Positions 23,715 to 36,300 of a stretch of 64,000 bases of DNA are shown here, piece after piece. Source of the stretch: Callorhinchus milii. Lineage: Eukaryota. The first letter of the stretch is position 1. Every line of letters begins with the position of its first letter. Under the pieces are notes generated by a model, which had not been told where the DNA came from, made no database searches, and was given only the letters and a program-made list of their open reading frames with translations. The stretch covers positions 125,118,001 to 125,182,000 of the forward strand of contig NW_024704742.1 of the NCBI RefSeq assembly GCF_018977255.1. The letters run 5' to 3'. Made by a program: the position numbers and the translations under genes.

Positions 23715-23890
23715 CCCCTGGTGGCTCACTGAGTTTATCCAGTCCAAGCTGAGCTGTACAGATTTGGGAACGTTCCCAGACTTGAATTCTGGTTTGTGTT
23801 GAACTAGGTGATCTCAGTAGCAATTGACCTCATCTCCCTGGGCCAGAGAGGAAAAATCAGCTCAGGATTTCCCGCTCCTGATCACTATTC
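23715..23890 (+). repeat. SINE-like repeat (tRNA-like head), family unassigned
   Basis: tggctcactg..gagctgtacaga..aaaatcagc..cccgctcctgatcactat; related pieces at ~28340-28475, ~49915-50030 and ~63645-63722. Confidence 0.5.
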
Positions 23891-24200
23891 AACAACAACA
23901 ACAAACTACATTTGTATAGCGCCATCCATGTCAGAAGGATGTCCCAAGGTGCTGGACAGTCAGGGATTTTGGACCCGATCAGAGGGTTAGGATCAGGAAG
24001 GGATGAGAGCAGGGAATGTTGACCGAAGGCACAGTCGAAGAGGAGAGTCTTGAGATGGGCCTTGAAGGAGGCAAGGAATGGATAAGGGACTGTGGAATGG
24101 AGTTCCAAAGGATGGCGGCAGAGATGCTGAAGCGCTGACCGTTGATGATGGGGTAGGCTGGGCAGGGGTTATGAGGCAGGTTGGAGGCCGTTGAGTGGAT
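23891..24200 (-). mobile_element. L2 3' end
   Basis: (AAC)n tail, stem-loop, ORF2 end [17 protein letters not shown]. Confidence 0.9.
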
Positions 24201-25693
24201 AATACTATCCAATACTCCTTTGTTGAAAAGAATATATGAATGGATTGACAGCTGAGGATTGGGGCTGAATGCCCCCCATGGCCTGCCGACACTCACTGTC
24301 ACCCAAGAATAATGATCTCTTGAGTGAAGTACCAGAGGCTGACTGGTGTTTGTGGACACATATTCTAGTAGAAGGAAAAGACAAGTGAAATGTTGGAGAG
24401 AAATTGTGAGGAAAATGATAAATAAACAAAATGCTGTTTTAATGGAGCTATAAAACGGTTAGATATTTACAATGCAAAACCAAAATTAGTCAGAATTATC
24501 AGCCAGAATTATAAAGTCTACTTCACAGAATAAAACATTGTAAGTAGAATATTTAAAGAATCAATGTTTTTGTTCAAAAGAGAACTAACACCAGTTGAAA
24601 GCTTCAAATTTTAGTTTGGTTGAGACACCAAGATTTATCATAGAATCACAGTATTTTATGTCAGGCAGGGAGGAAGCAAGTCAGGCATCATTTCCTTGCC
24701 AATGTGGTGGAAGCTTTTTCAATTTCAGTTCATGGTGGAGTCAGTTTTCCTTGAAAACTCTGCAACCTATAGACAACATTGTGTATAGGTGTTTGCCTAC
24801 AAAATACACAGTCACTACACTTTACAATAAATCTTATGACATGCTTTGAGATGGCCATCCGACATGAAAGGTGCTGTGTCAAATGCAAGGATGGTTGTTA
24901 TTATTATTATGATCCAATTCAGCTCAGGGCAATTTAAATGGAAGTCCATTTTGCCTCCTATTTAGAATGAATGGTTCTGTGAATTGGGGAATGAAACCAG
25001 CTAGTGCATCAGAATAAAGTATCAGAAGATGAACATTCACATACCAAACTGAAGGAATCTTTGGAAACCATTCTTCAGGTCATTTAGAAACTGTAGTGTT
25101 TTTCCTCAGCAAAATACTATTGGCAGACTGAAACAGCTCTGGTTAATACTGTTTACACTGAGGATCAAATTCAATTTGGATCACTATCACTGGAATCAAT
25201 GTTGAACTCCTTGCATTAAACCGTAGTTTGAAACTAAAGATAAGCGATATGAACAAATCCTGGAGACTACAGGGTGATAAAAAACCTGAGTTTGCTTCTG
25301 CTTCAACCGGCTTCATAGCCACTTTATAATGCAGTTTCTTACACGGGTTCCTTGGCTACAATGGGAGAGTGAGAATGTGGGGAATGACTTAAAAAAGACC
25401 CATACCAGCTGAGAATTCAAATAGAACTGAACTGAAACACTTATTGAAACACATTCTAATAAACAGCTTAGAAGGACATTTTGTATTGGGATCTTAGTTG
25501 GATTGCAGAAGGACTGCATCTTGCTTTGTCCTATGCTCATGATCTTATGGTCTCAGAAAATATTTCAGTTCTTTAAACCTAGATAAGTCATTCATAGTTT
25601 TCAGTTGAAACAGGAAATATGAGATTTTAGTCCAAACCAGCAAGATATTTTAATATATTTTTATGATATTTTAATCCAAATATCAGATATGAT

Positions 25694-26232
25694 TGTCGTC
25701 TTTAAGATTCTAAAGGGTCTAGATAATCTAGACCATGATAAGCTGTTTTATCGTGTACCGAACAGTAAAACCACACGGCCTGTGATTGAAGTGGGGTAAA
25801 TTCAAAACAAATCTGCAGAAAACTATTTCAGTGAGCGAGCAGTAAATGAGTGGAACATCTCCCATTTCCTTTGGGAGATGGTGGAAGAAGACATTTTCGA
25901 TTCTTTTAAAGAACAAATTAGATAGATTTCTGTTAGGAAATAACATCTTGTGATACAGTGTATAGTTTGGGACATGCCATGTGTCATTTTGATCTGATTC
26001 AGAAGGTTGTGGGATCAAGCCCCATGTTGGGACTTTGAACTCACAGTCTAAGTCTCGGCTGACACTCCAATGCAGTGCTGGGGTTAGAGGTTCTGTTATT
26101 CAGATGACACCAAAAAAAACAAGATCCTGTTTGCCCGTTCAGGTGGATGTTAACGATTCAGTGGAGCACTTTGAGATATCCTCCTGATGCAAAAGGGTCG
26201 ATATCAAAGGCAAGGAATATCAGTATTATTAT
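25694..26232 (+). mobile_element. Old CR1 3' fragment (25694-25975) followed by a Deu SINE (25990-26232)
   Basis: gtctttaagattctaaagggt (VFKILKG), ttttaaagaacaaattagataga; then ctgattcagaaggttgtggg..ggctgacactccaatgcagtgctg..caggtggatgtta. Confidence 0.65.
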
Positions 26233-27274
26233 TTTTAATATTTTATTTAGGTGCTATGTTTTTATTCAGTAAAATGCATTTAAATTTACAGTTATAGTGC
26301 AAAAGATATTAATAATATACAGGAGACACTCTGTGTCTTACCAACCAAATAAACCATCTAGCAAGGCTAAGCTAAATTGCCCATGGACATCACAGATATG
26401 AGTTTTCTCTGAGATCTGAGTCTTGGCTTTTATTACTGCTGGAATGAAATGGGCTGAGCATCGCTATAAAAGGCATAATATAAACTACAGTTTTACTCAC
26501 CCTCAGAGTTGGTTGTTGTTTTGTGTCAGTGCTCATATTCCGTTGATCAGAAACGGTTTATCTAGCATACAGCAGGCATTCTCAATAAAAATGTTTCCTG
26601 AGATTTTTAAAGATAATTTGCTCATTTTCCACATACTCACGTGGAAAATGGTTGGCACATTAATGCTTCTGGGGCTAATGTGACAAAACAGTTTTATTAG
26701 TTTAAGGTTGCTGACATGTGACAATCTTAAGCCAGTGAAAGCAAAGAATTCTCCATATCCACAGATTTTGGGGCAGACTGACATGGTACTAAAGCCTAGT
26801 GTGGGATCCCTCTACAATGTCAACTTGCCCTCCCTTCATTATAGCTCTAACTCTGCGTTCTTTCTTCTGATGTCTTAAATTATTGGATTACAGCCAGCAC
26901 ACTGTTCATAATTTAAACCGGATGCTTTATTATTGAAACATTATAGATTTAAAGACAATTCTAAAATATCCCTTGGTGTGCAGGTGTACTGTCTTCAGAA
27001 TTATCTGTTTCTTTTCATCCAAAGTCAAATAAAAATACCATCATTCATCACAACTGGATTGGTTGTTGGAAAGCTTAATTGTGTCTCCCCTATTCATTTT
27101 CTGGCACTATTTCTGTGAGGCATTCTGAGATGTTACTCTAAGTGAAATTCGCGGACAAAATACAGTAAATCTCATGAAGCGCTTCGAGACATCCTCCTGA
27201 GGTGAAAGGCGCTGTACCAAATACAAGGATTATTATTTCTTTCTTTAAGTTTCTCAAAGTCCTTCCCCTTTTTT

Positions 27275-27488
27275 TTGTCAGCCGGGTGAATCCAAACCAA
27301 ACTGAGAATTCCATGCATCCCACCTACACATGGAAATTCCAGAGAAGGATTGTTGAAATGGAATGTGCATTCTCTCCCTGGAAGGATGCAGCTTAATTCC
27401 GGAAATTATTAAGCGCAGATTGGCAAGAGCCAAGGCTTGGGGACTCCAGAGCGTGTGTTGGGGTACTGCTGCAGTCTAACCAGCTAAA
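27275..27488 (+). repeat. Unclassified dispersed repeat R1, copy 2
   Basis: Aligns with the reverse complement of 2861-3115. Confidence 0.7.
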
Positions 27489-28184
27489 CCCCCCTCCTTC
27501 CTCAGCTCCCCCCAACCCGAGCTCCAGCTCCTAACAGGCTCTGTGAAGCACTTGCAGACCTCCTGTGAAAGGTGTGATCTGAATGAAAAATTGTTGTTGG
27601 CGCTTTCTAAGCTGTTGTTGTGGCTCTTTTGTTTGGGCCAAACATGATTTGGGTTTGTTCGCACCATTTACACAGAGCTTTTAAATTCGAAGCAATTATA
27701 AATTAGTAATGAATCTAAAGTTTCAACTGTAACATAAAAAGAGCTTGAGAGTGAATAATGAATGGAGATACTAGCGGAAAAAACATTTCTCCCATTGGGA
27801 GAATCGCATCTGAGAACTGGATACTAGCCATGTCATAATCAATCAATATACTGATATATTGCCATTATACAGGATTTAATAACTAGATTTGCTTTTTTGT
27901 ATATGAAAATTTGCTGCACTAATATGATCATAAATAATGAGTTAGTGTAGTTGGACTTGACAGGAGTTAAGAGTTCAAAAAGGTCTTTCTGCTGGGAAAT
28001 AAGATTTCAATTTAGAAGCCAAATGGAAAGATTCATAGAATTTCCTAACATTGCAATTCTGAACACATGGATCTCACAGGAAAGGGCACATTATTCGATT
28101 GTAACGTGGTGCAAGAAGCTTCTCTTATTTTTTTACAGACAAACTGAACCCTAACTGACTCAAGATATTTCTTATACTATATAC

Positions 28185-28295
28185 TTAGTTGAGGAAGGGC
28201 AGGAGGAGGCTCATGTGGAGCATAAACACCGGCATAGACCAGTTGGGCCGAATGGCCTGTTTCTGTGCTGTACATTCTAATGTATTCTAATGTAT
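28185..28295 (+). mobile_element. CR1 3' end
   Basis: ggagcataaacaccggcatagaccagttgggccgaatggcctgtttctgtgctgta + (ttctaatgta)2. Confidence 0.8.
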
Positions 28296-28474
28296 ATTTG
28301 GGGGCAACTCAGATGATATACAATGAATAGACCCACATCTTACTGAAGAGGAGCTCATTGGTTCGAATCTGAGCTGAGTTTGCTGGGCACAGCCGCCAGA
28401 CACTTTGTCAGAAGCTAAATTGGCTCCAGCCTTCCCAGTGTTAAGGAAGGGAAAAGCAGCCAGGGCACCTGATC

Positions 28475-28928
28475 TTGGAAAATGAGGGTCTTGAGACGTG
28501 CCTTGATGGAAGCAAGAGAAGAAGCAAGGCAAGAAACTGTGGGATGGAGTTCCAAAGGGTGTGGGCAGAAGCTGAAGGCCCGACCACAGATGGTGGGGTG
28601 GAACGGGTGGGTGACGTGGGGCAGGCTGGAGCCTGCTGAGTGGAGGGGATGGACAGGTTGACATGGCATTAGCAGGTCACAGATGTAGGAAGGAGCAAGG
28701 CCATGGAGGGCTTTCAAGGTGAGGATGAGGATTTTGAACTCTATCCTCTGAGGGATGGGAAGCCTATGGAGATGGGCGAGGGTGGGGGTGATGGGGTCAC
28801 AGAGTCTGATGCGGGAGAGAACACGAGCTTCAGAGTTCTGCATGATCTGCAGCTTGTGGAGGGAAGAATTAGGAAAGCCGACAAGCAGGGAGTTGGTGTA
28901 ATCAAGCCTAGATGTAGTAAACGCATGG
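28475..28928 (-). mobile_element. L2 ORF2 C-terminal fragment
   Basis: ORF 28415-28843 QNSEAR..LHRLPIPQRIEFKIL..APSYICDLL. Confidence 0.9.
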
Positions 28929-29317
28929 ATGTCTACTACTGTATATCTATGTACATACTGTGTTTGTACAAACTATGCTTACGGTACGTACAGCTATATA
29001 TTCCTGTACAACAACATAATATACAATACTGTAATCTCTGCATATATGAATACTATACTCATTGATACTGTTCTTTCAGACATATATACATATACACATG
29101 TACAACAACATTTAGGCCTACATATAAAATTTACAAACCATATGCTTGCTTCAATTTTCAAGATAAACATTCCTATCTCCATGCTTATGTTACAATAAAT
29201 CAATGGGCTAACAACAAGACAACCATAAAACATATCAACAGACAACTCTATTCAGCAGTTTTACCCTGTTTGGTTGAAGACTAAAACATGAATTTTGCTT
29301 TTCTGCTCTTGATCTGA

Positions 29318-29650
29318 TGATAATAATAATAATAATAATAATCCTTGCATTTGATATAGCGCTTTTCACGTCGGGAGGACGTCCCAAAGCGCTTCACAGA
29401 ACACACTGTAAAGTGAATTGACTCCATATTTGTGGGCGAACGCGGCAGCCAATTGCGCACAGCAATGTCCCACAAACAATCGTAGATTGAAAATGACCAA
29501 TTTATTTTTGTTTTTGGTTTTGGAGGGATTATTATTAGGCTCTGTGTGGAGTAAGGAAACTTGCCCAAGGTTTCGCCCTGCCTGGAATTGAACTCAGGTC
29601 TCTCACTTGCAAAGCGAGTGCTCTAACCACTGAGCTACAGGACTCCACAA
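29318..29650 (-). mobile_element. Full-length young SINE: tRNA-Ala(TGC)-like head + CORE-like 12-mer + L2-type tail
   Basis: Minus-strand head AGTCCTG TA GCTC AGTGGTTA GAGC A CTCGC TTTGCAA GTGAG AGACCTGAG TTCAATT CCAGG CAGGGCG (29574-29644; A and B boxes); then ccttgggcaagt; 3' stem-loop and (TTA)n. Confidence 0.9.
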
Positions 29651-29752
29651 AGTAATCCTTGCATTTGATATTGCGCCTATGAAAGCCTCTTCCTCCAACT
29701 TGGGACTCACTTCTGAAAATGGATGATGGGCATGGGAGGTACAAAGGATACA

Positions 29753-29975
29753 GTAATAATAATCTTTACATTTGTTATCGCTCCTTTCACATCAGGAGGA
29801 CATCTCAAAACGCTTCACAGAATCACTGTTGAGTGTAGTGATTGTGAATTTTATAGGCAAATGCAGCAGCCAATTTGCTAACAGCATTGGCCCAGAAATA
29901 GACATGAAGTGAACGATTACTTTTAGTTGGGTGATTGTTAGCCAAGACATCAGATAAAAATTCTCTTTTATTTTC
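29753..29975 (-). mobile_element. Deu-type SINE 3' half
   Basis: Tail + gcagccaatttg..gattgttagccaagacatc. Confidence 0.7.
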
Positions 29976-31303
29976 AATATGTTATAAAATGTGTGTTATA
30001 TAAAATGTTAAGGAATGCTAAAGCTTTTTCATTTTCCTGAAATAAACGCTCATGGAAATAGAGAGTGTTTTGATACTTTTTATTTATTCACCAAGGATGG
30101 ATACTGTTCTCTGTCGACAGACCAAAGTCCATTCATAGAAGTAGCTGAAGTCTACCTTGGACTAGTATAAACTGGTTTGATAAACATTAAATAAACGACT
30201 CAAACAATCTTACAATAGCATTCGGTTTGTTTGACTTTGTTGTAAAATGAACTTGTCACTTTGTAGTAAATCCCAGTCCCTTTACAGCTATGGCATGTAC
30301 CCAGACAGTACAGAGGAGAAAATGAAGTCATAATTGAGTACAGCTGTTTTCTGCTTTTTGAGTGCAAGCTGAGCTTTAACAATGCAGGCAGCCTTGATGC
30401 CGCTATTTGTTTGTTCACACAAAATCATTTGAAACCTGTGTGATTTATAAACTGGGTAAACTGAGGAAGCCTCAAACTAGCCTCTGGGGGTCCTCTTTGT
30501 TGCCTAAGGTATGGCCTGAGACACAAACAGTCTGCAACTGATAGTGAGTGACTTGATTGCTGTTTGCCTCTTTGATTCAGTGGGCAGGATCAAAGTGGGA
30601 CGACAGCACTCTCTCAAGTCACGTATCAGTGTATTCCTGTGCAAATCTTTTCCCATCAGAGCCCTGGGAAATGCTGCATCCTTTGGATAGTGCCATTAAA
30701 TATAAAGTGAACAACCGAATGTAATGGTTTAGCCCCTCCTCGCTCTACCATTAAACGTGACAGCACTTTAAAGTTACACTAATTGTGATTTTATTGGGAT
30801 GCGGCAGGGCTTTTTGCACTCAAACAATTTCACAAGCATTGTAAAGTTTGCCCATTTATTAATGCTCATTAGTGCTGGAATAATATTAGGGAAATTCTCC
30901 TTGATAGTATGTTGAAGTGGTATTCACCTAAAGAACTACTGTTATTTTTATGATTGATTCAACAAATACACAATCCATATTTTTTTGTTTTGCTTGAATA
31001 TGCTCTGTGAATCATATTTTGAGATTTTTCCTTCAAAGAAATTCTTATTATTATTTCTCAATTCCTTCTGTTTATCATACCCATTATTTCTATCTACTTT
31101 TTGAACAGACAATTTAGTACTTGTTCAAAGTCTATCAATACCTTGACTAATTAATGGACTTCTTTATGGAGGCGTCCTTTCCAAAACTCCCAGAGTTGGA
31201 GACCTGCCGTTGTCCAGGTAAACTACTTATTAGAGGATACTTCAGTTGAGATTGATGTTCAAACACAAGGTCCAACAACTGTTTAAATTCTAATCCTGCA
31301 ATA

Positions 31304-31672
31304 TTTGTGGAGTCCTGTAACGTATTGGTTAGAATACTTACCTCACAAGCAAGAGAAACAGTAGGCATGTTTCTTTACTCCAAAACATCTGTTTGCCTAG
31401 CAGTAAGTAGTAAATCGATTGATTAGTCAATTGGCGGATTACTTTTCCAGGGCTAATAATCCCTTCAAAAAAATAAACAAATAATAATAGTAATAATAAT
31501 CTATTCACTCAATTCACTTGTTTGTGGGACAATGCTGTGTGCAATAGGTTGCCACACCTCACCCACAAAATATGCAGTCAATTCAATTTACAGTTTATTC
31601 TGTGAAGCACTTTGAGACTTCTAGAAGACATGGTAAGGTGCTATATCAAATGCAAGGATTATTATCATTATA
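31304..31672 (+). mobile_element. Older full-length copy of the tRNA-Ala/CORE-like SINE
   Basis: tttgtggagtcctgtaacgtattggttagaatac matches the head of 29318-29650; body ctaataatccct..tgtgggacaatgctg; tail atcaaatgcaaggattatt. Confidence 0.75.
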
Positions 31673-32029
31673 TTCACTGCCCCCCTATACATGTAACATA
31701 TAATTCCATTTGAACCTGGATGAGCTGTTGACATTTTATTATTATATTCTTTTCTATACCTTTGTCTATATTTTTTAAACTTAAAAACACCTAATTTAGT
31801 AACTTTATTCCAAGAAGGTATCCACCTGGTAGTAGCCCTCTTGCCACTGAGTCAGAAGGTAGTAGATTAAATCCATATGTCACAAACTCATACAACTGAT
31901 TTGGATGAAGAAGGCCTTTCAAGCCCATCTGATATCATCCTTCCAGAACACCCACCCTGAGGCTCTCCATCCCCCTTCTCAATCATAGCATCGGGCTGCT
32001 TTTTAAATAAACCTTGGTGTCAAAACTCC

Positions 32030-32978
32030 AACACACTGAAGGATTCTGAGATGGTTCTGACATCAAGTCCTGTATGACAGCTAACTTTCTTGAGTTGAAT
32101 CTAGACAAGACAGAGGTCTCCTGCTTGGCTCCCATCAGCACTTTCTCACCTCACGTGCTGACAGCATAAATCCCCACAGATGCAAACCCAATTTCATGGA
32201 GCCAGTGCAAAACCTCAGTGTCTTAATTCTAACATCCATACTTTCACTTATTCACTTTTCTCGACCTCGGCAACATTGCCCGACTCCACCATGACCTCTC
32301 CCCTCAGGCCATGAAGACCTTTATCCATGCAAACATCATTTCCAGGCTTGACAATGCTGATCTTCCCAACTCTTCCCTCCACAAGCTACAGACCCCTCAG
32401 AACTACAGCTCATGACCTATAGGCTCCGCAAGCTGAGCATCCCCATCCTTGCCTGGCATCCTTGACCGGCTCCACTGGCTCCCCGACTCCCTCCACCCGG
32501 CAGGCACTGGCCTGCTTCACATCCCCTGCCCTGCCAGCCCCATCATCAATGGACAGGCTTTCAGCCTTTCTGCCCCCAATCTTTGGAAATTCAGCCCAGC
32601 AGAGTTCATTCACCACTTTCCTTCCCTCACCTCCTTCAAGATTCACTCAAGACTTTCCTGTTTGACCGTGCCTTCGGTCATCTCCCCAACCACACCCTTT
32701 CCAAATCCAACCCCTAGCTTGGGTGCAAAGGCGATTATAATAATAATAATAATAATAATCCTTGCATTTGATATAGCGCTTTTCACGTCGGGAGGACGTC
32801 CCAAAGCGCTTCACAGAATAGACTGTAAAGTGAATTGACTGTATATTTGTGGGTGAACGCGGCAGCCAATTGCGCACAGCAATGTCCCACAAACAGTCGT
32901 AGATTGAAAATGACCAGCATCTTGGGACATCCTCCCATTGTGAAAGTATCAATATAAATGCAATTTGTTGTTGTTATT
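32030..32978 (+). mobile_element. L2 3' part, interrupted by a SINE at 32735-32917
   Basis: gacatcaagtcc (DIKS), LHWLP, APNLW; terminal stem-loop resumes at 32918. Confidence 0.85.
32735..32917 (-). mobile_element. Young SINE, 5'-truncated, nested in L2
   Basis: Near-identical to 11700-11880 and 29318-29500. Confidence 0.9.
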
Positions 32979-33802
32979 CCAGGTGAAGAGCGCTATATAA
33001 ATCAAGTTGTTGTTCCTCTAAGACTTACTTAGAGCAATAAATATCTTGTATGATTCTACCAGGTACTTGACAAAACAATAATCTTTACTTGCTCCTTATT
33101 CCTTTTTACAAAAAGTTAAGAAGTAGCATTTTAAAAGTTAAGAAATTGATTTTGAGTGGAAAGTGCAACCGAAATGCTTACTATTTTTGAGGTGCAATTA
33201 TTATTATTACATCCGAATCACCAAGATACAGCATATGTTGCTTTCTCACCTCACAGAGCATTAAGAAGGAAACTTGTCACCGAGAATCTCAATTATTTCT
33301 GTGAGAAACGTTTGAAAGATCTGGCTTCTATAGGAAAGCTATTAGAACAGTACGTTTACTATACTCTTTCATCAAAGGAGGGAAGAATCCATTCTGTAAG
33401 ATATCATTTGCATTTTTGATGACTGAGATTTTGTAGATGGGGGTCAGTTGACTCATGAGCATTGTACCTAATGTTGGCTCCTGAATTAGTATCATCAGGA
33501 GAATAGCTAATGGCAATTATTGAAGGCAGACGAGGATTGATTTGAATTCTGTTGAAGACTATTACTAATTAGTCTTGGTCAGGTGGAGCCTTTCAGTGGA
33601 AATGTTAAATGTCTAAAGCGGGGACCCATATTTCCCTCTGGAGTGAGGTTAAATTAAATATGAAACCCTAACGGTCGTACTGAATTCATGATTTTTAAAA
33701 TGAGGGTATTAGGTTAGGTGAGCTCAGACAGTCTTACTGATTATCACACGTATGAATTACCAACACCAAAAAGATTGTCCTGGTCAACAATATCTAAGAT
33801 AA

Positions 33803-33920
33803 ACAAAACACGAAATACTGCAGATGCTGAAAATCTGAAACAAAAAACAGAAATTGCTGGGAACACTCAGCAGGTCAGGCAACATCTACGGAAAAAGGAA
33901 ACACAATATCTCAGTTAACA
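33803..33920. mobile_element. Penelope-like terminal repeat fragment typical of cartilaginous fishes
   Basis: aaatactgcagatgctgaaaatctgaaac..aacagaaattgctgggaacactcagcaggtcaggcaacatct; recognised from memory, class assignment not verified. Confidence 0.6.
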
Positions 33921-34004
33921 TCGATCATTCACCTCATGGTTGATTGTGGGACATTGCTGTACTAATATTGATTGCAATGTTTACCTACAAAGTACCCTTT
34001 TTTT

Positions 34005-34240
34005 TGATTAGCCAGGTGTCTAACACATGCAGAAATTCATTACCATGCTTAAGAGTATCCCAAACAGTCAGAGTTCCACATACGTATGCAACCTACAAAT
34101 AGAAATGTCCTTGTGTCTGGAATGGAATGTGCATTCTCCCACTGGATGGGCACACCCCTGCTTACCTAATTCCTAAGAGTGTTGGGCGCAGGTTGGCAAG
34201 GTGTGGGTTGTGATATTCCTGCATTCTAACCAGTTTAAAC
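34005..34240 (+). repeat. Unclassified dispersed repeat R1, copy 3
   Basis: ttagccaggtgtctaacacatgcagaaa..ggaatggaatgtgcattctc..gcaggttggcaag..aaccagtttaa. Confidence 0.65.
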
Positions 34241-35662
34241 CGTGTGGTTTACCATTCAAAGCAATGTCTGGTAAGTTTTCCACTGCTTGTCCAGCTAGGA
34301 TTGCCCTACCATTAGGGCTTTGGCCTACAGAGTAACCATTCGCTACAATTCTCAGTAAATTGATACGTCGTCCAGACATAAAAGGTGCTATATCAAATCC
34401 AAGAATTTTTGATATTTTTAGTCTTTTTTAAGCAAACTGAACAAGGAGGTGAGAGTAGGAAAGAGAATTGCTGACAAGTTGTTAACAAAGGAAATGTAGC
34501 TTTTATTTTCCCAATTTCCCGTAGATGTGGTTTGTGGTGATTTGCAGTGTCATTTTTTCCCAACCGTGTTTCTTCTTTTACATAGACTTCAGAGAACACA
34601 ACTGCTTTCAATTGTAATGTAACCTTGTGAGGTGCCATCACGGTGCTGTGATGATGCCATGAGTGTGCATCAACCATCTTCTAGAGATAATAGAATTGAT
34701 TGAAGAAAATGTTAGGACAACCTTATTGTGGCATAAAATTTAAAGCAGCCTTCAGGCTGCTACTCAATTGTGCTCCACGGTAGCCAAAATTTATTGAGTT
34801 TAAGACTACTGTTACAGTAATAAGAGCAGTTCTTGTTACCCCATTCTTAGGTATTTATATACAGCTTACTGCAATTGTTATCTTTATGTCGACACTTTGT
34901 TGGCAAGTGCTTTTGCCAGAAGTGTAAGATCTTACGATGAAATGAGATTTGATTCATTTCTCATGGGAATTGCACAAAACAATCATAACAACCTCTCGAT
35001 GTACAAGTACTAAATTATATAATCAGTATCAATTAGGCTGTGAATAATAGTTGTCCAGAATGTTTAGCCCGAAGGGTGTGTTCATCTTGCCAGGAGATTA
35101 TTTGTCTTCACATGATTGAGGTTTAAAGTGGGGTTGTTCGGCAGTGATGTCGTTTTCAGATGAACATAAAGAAGAAATTATGCCTCATTAATCTTTAAAC
35201 CACAGCAAGTATCAAGTGCACCAGAGAGGCAGGTGTCAGGCCAGGACACTGGACTGTTTTGGAAAACAGTTTGGGGTTGTGATGGGAGTACTGTAGAGTG
35301 GGTGGTCTGCATGGATGAGATCAGATAAACTGAAGGGCTTTTTTCACCCGAACCAACTTTGTGACCTTCTGATCTTGTGTGCCTTATAAAAAAAATGACA
35401 ATGATTTCCATTGGTGTAACCTTTTACAAAAAGAGATGGCAGATATGAGAGAATCAAGACTAATGTACAATTGTTAAATTAACTTTGATAGGTGAGAATA
35501 AAGAATAAAACAGAGTAGCTACAAAAGAGAACAACAACAACAACAACAAGATTTCATTTCAAAGTACACTGAACAGGAGCTAAGAATGTTAAGCACTTTG
35601 AGACGCTACCCTGCATGAAGTGCGCTATATAAATGCAATTTCTTGTTGTTATCGTGTTGTGA

Positions 35663-36300
35663 TACAACAACAACAACAACAAATTGGATTTATATAGTGT
35701 CTTTCACATCAGGAGAATGTCTCAAGGCACTGTACAGTCAAAGTCAGCATCAGAGCTGAGGAATGGAATCAAGAGCGTTAGAGTGCAAGTGGGGTGGGAG
35801 GATGGCCAAAGGCACAGTCAAAGATGAAGTTCTTGAGATGGGCCTTAAAGGAGGCAAGGAAGGGAGTGAGGCCAGGGGATTCCGGGATGGAGTTCTGGAG
35901 AGTGAGGGCAAAAATGCTGAAGCCCCAACGTCGATGGTGGGATGGGCAAGCTGGATAACTGACGATGGTGGGGTGGGTAGGGCAGTGCCCGCAAAGTAGA
36001 GGGGATGGGCAGATTGATAAGGTTTTAGCAGGTCACAGAGACACAGAGGAGAAAGACCATGGAGGGCTTTGAAAGTGAGGGTGAGGATTTTGAACTCGAT
36101 CCTCTGGGGAATGGGGAGCCAGTGAAGCCAAGCGAGGATGGGGACAATCAGTTTATGGAGCTTGGCGCAGGAGAAAACATGAGCTGCATAGATCTGAATA
36201 ATCTGTATCTTTTGGAAGGAAGAATTGGGAAGTCCAGTAAGCAGGGAGTTAGCAAAGTCAGGCCTGGACATAATGAAAGCACGGATGAGGGTCTGGGCGG
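35663..36300 (-). mobile_element. L2 3' part
   Basis: ORF 35750-36271 [29 protein letters not shown]; (AAC)n tail. Confidence 0.9.

Noticed and set aside
29574..29646. Functional tRNA-Ala(TGC) gene
   Set aside because: The T-stem and first acceptor pair are imperfect, there is no adjacent oligo-T terminator, and it runs straight into a SINE body.
31342..31396. Minus-strand exon encoding a signal-peptide-like MFWSKETCLLFLLLV
   Set aside because: It overlaps the decayed tRNA-like head of the + strand SINE at 31304-31672.
11700..32917. CRISPR-like array of the repeated hairpin
   Set aside because: The copies are dispersed retroposon tails on both strands, with no regular spacers and no cas genes, in eukaryotic DNA.
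33803..33920. Hammerhead ribozyme in the Penelope-like fragment
   Set aside because: No CTGANGA..GAAA core with a stem II is present here or at the other CTGANGA sites I checked.
17962..34761. 8 bp perfect inverted repeats (17962-17978 and 34744-34761)
   Set aside because: A few of this size are expected by chance in 64 kb, and nothing in their context supports a function.
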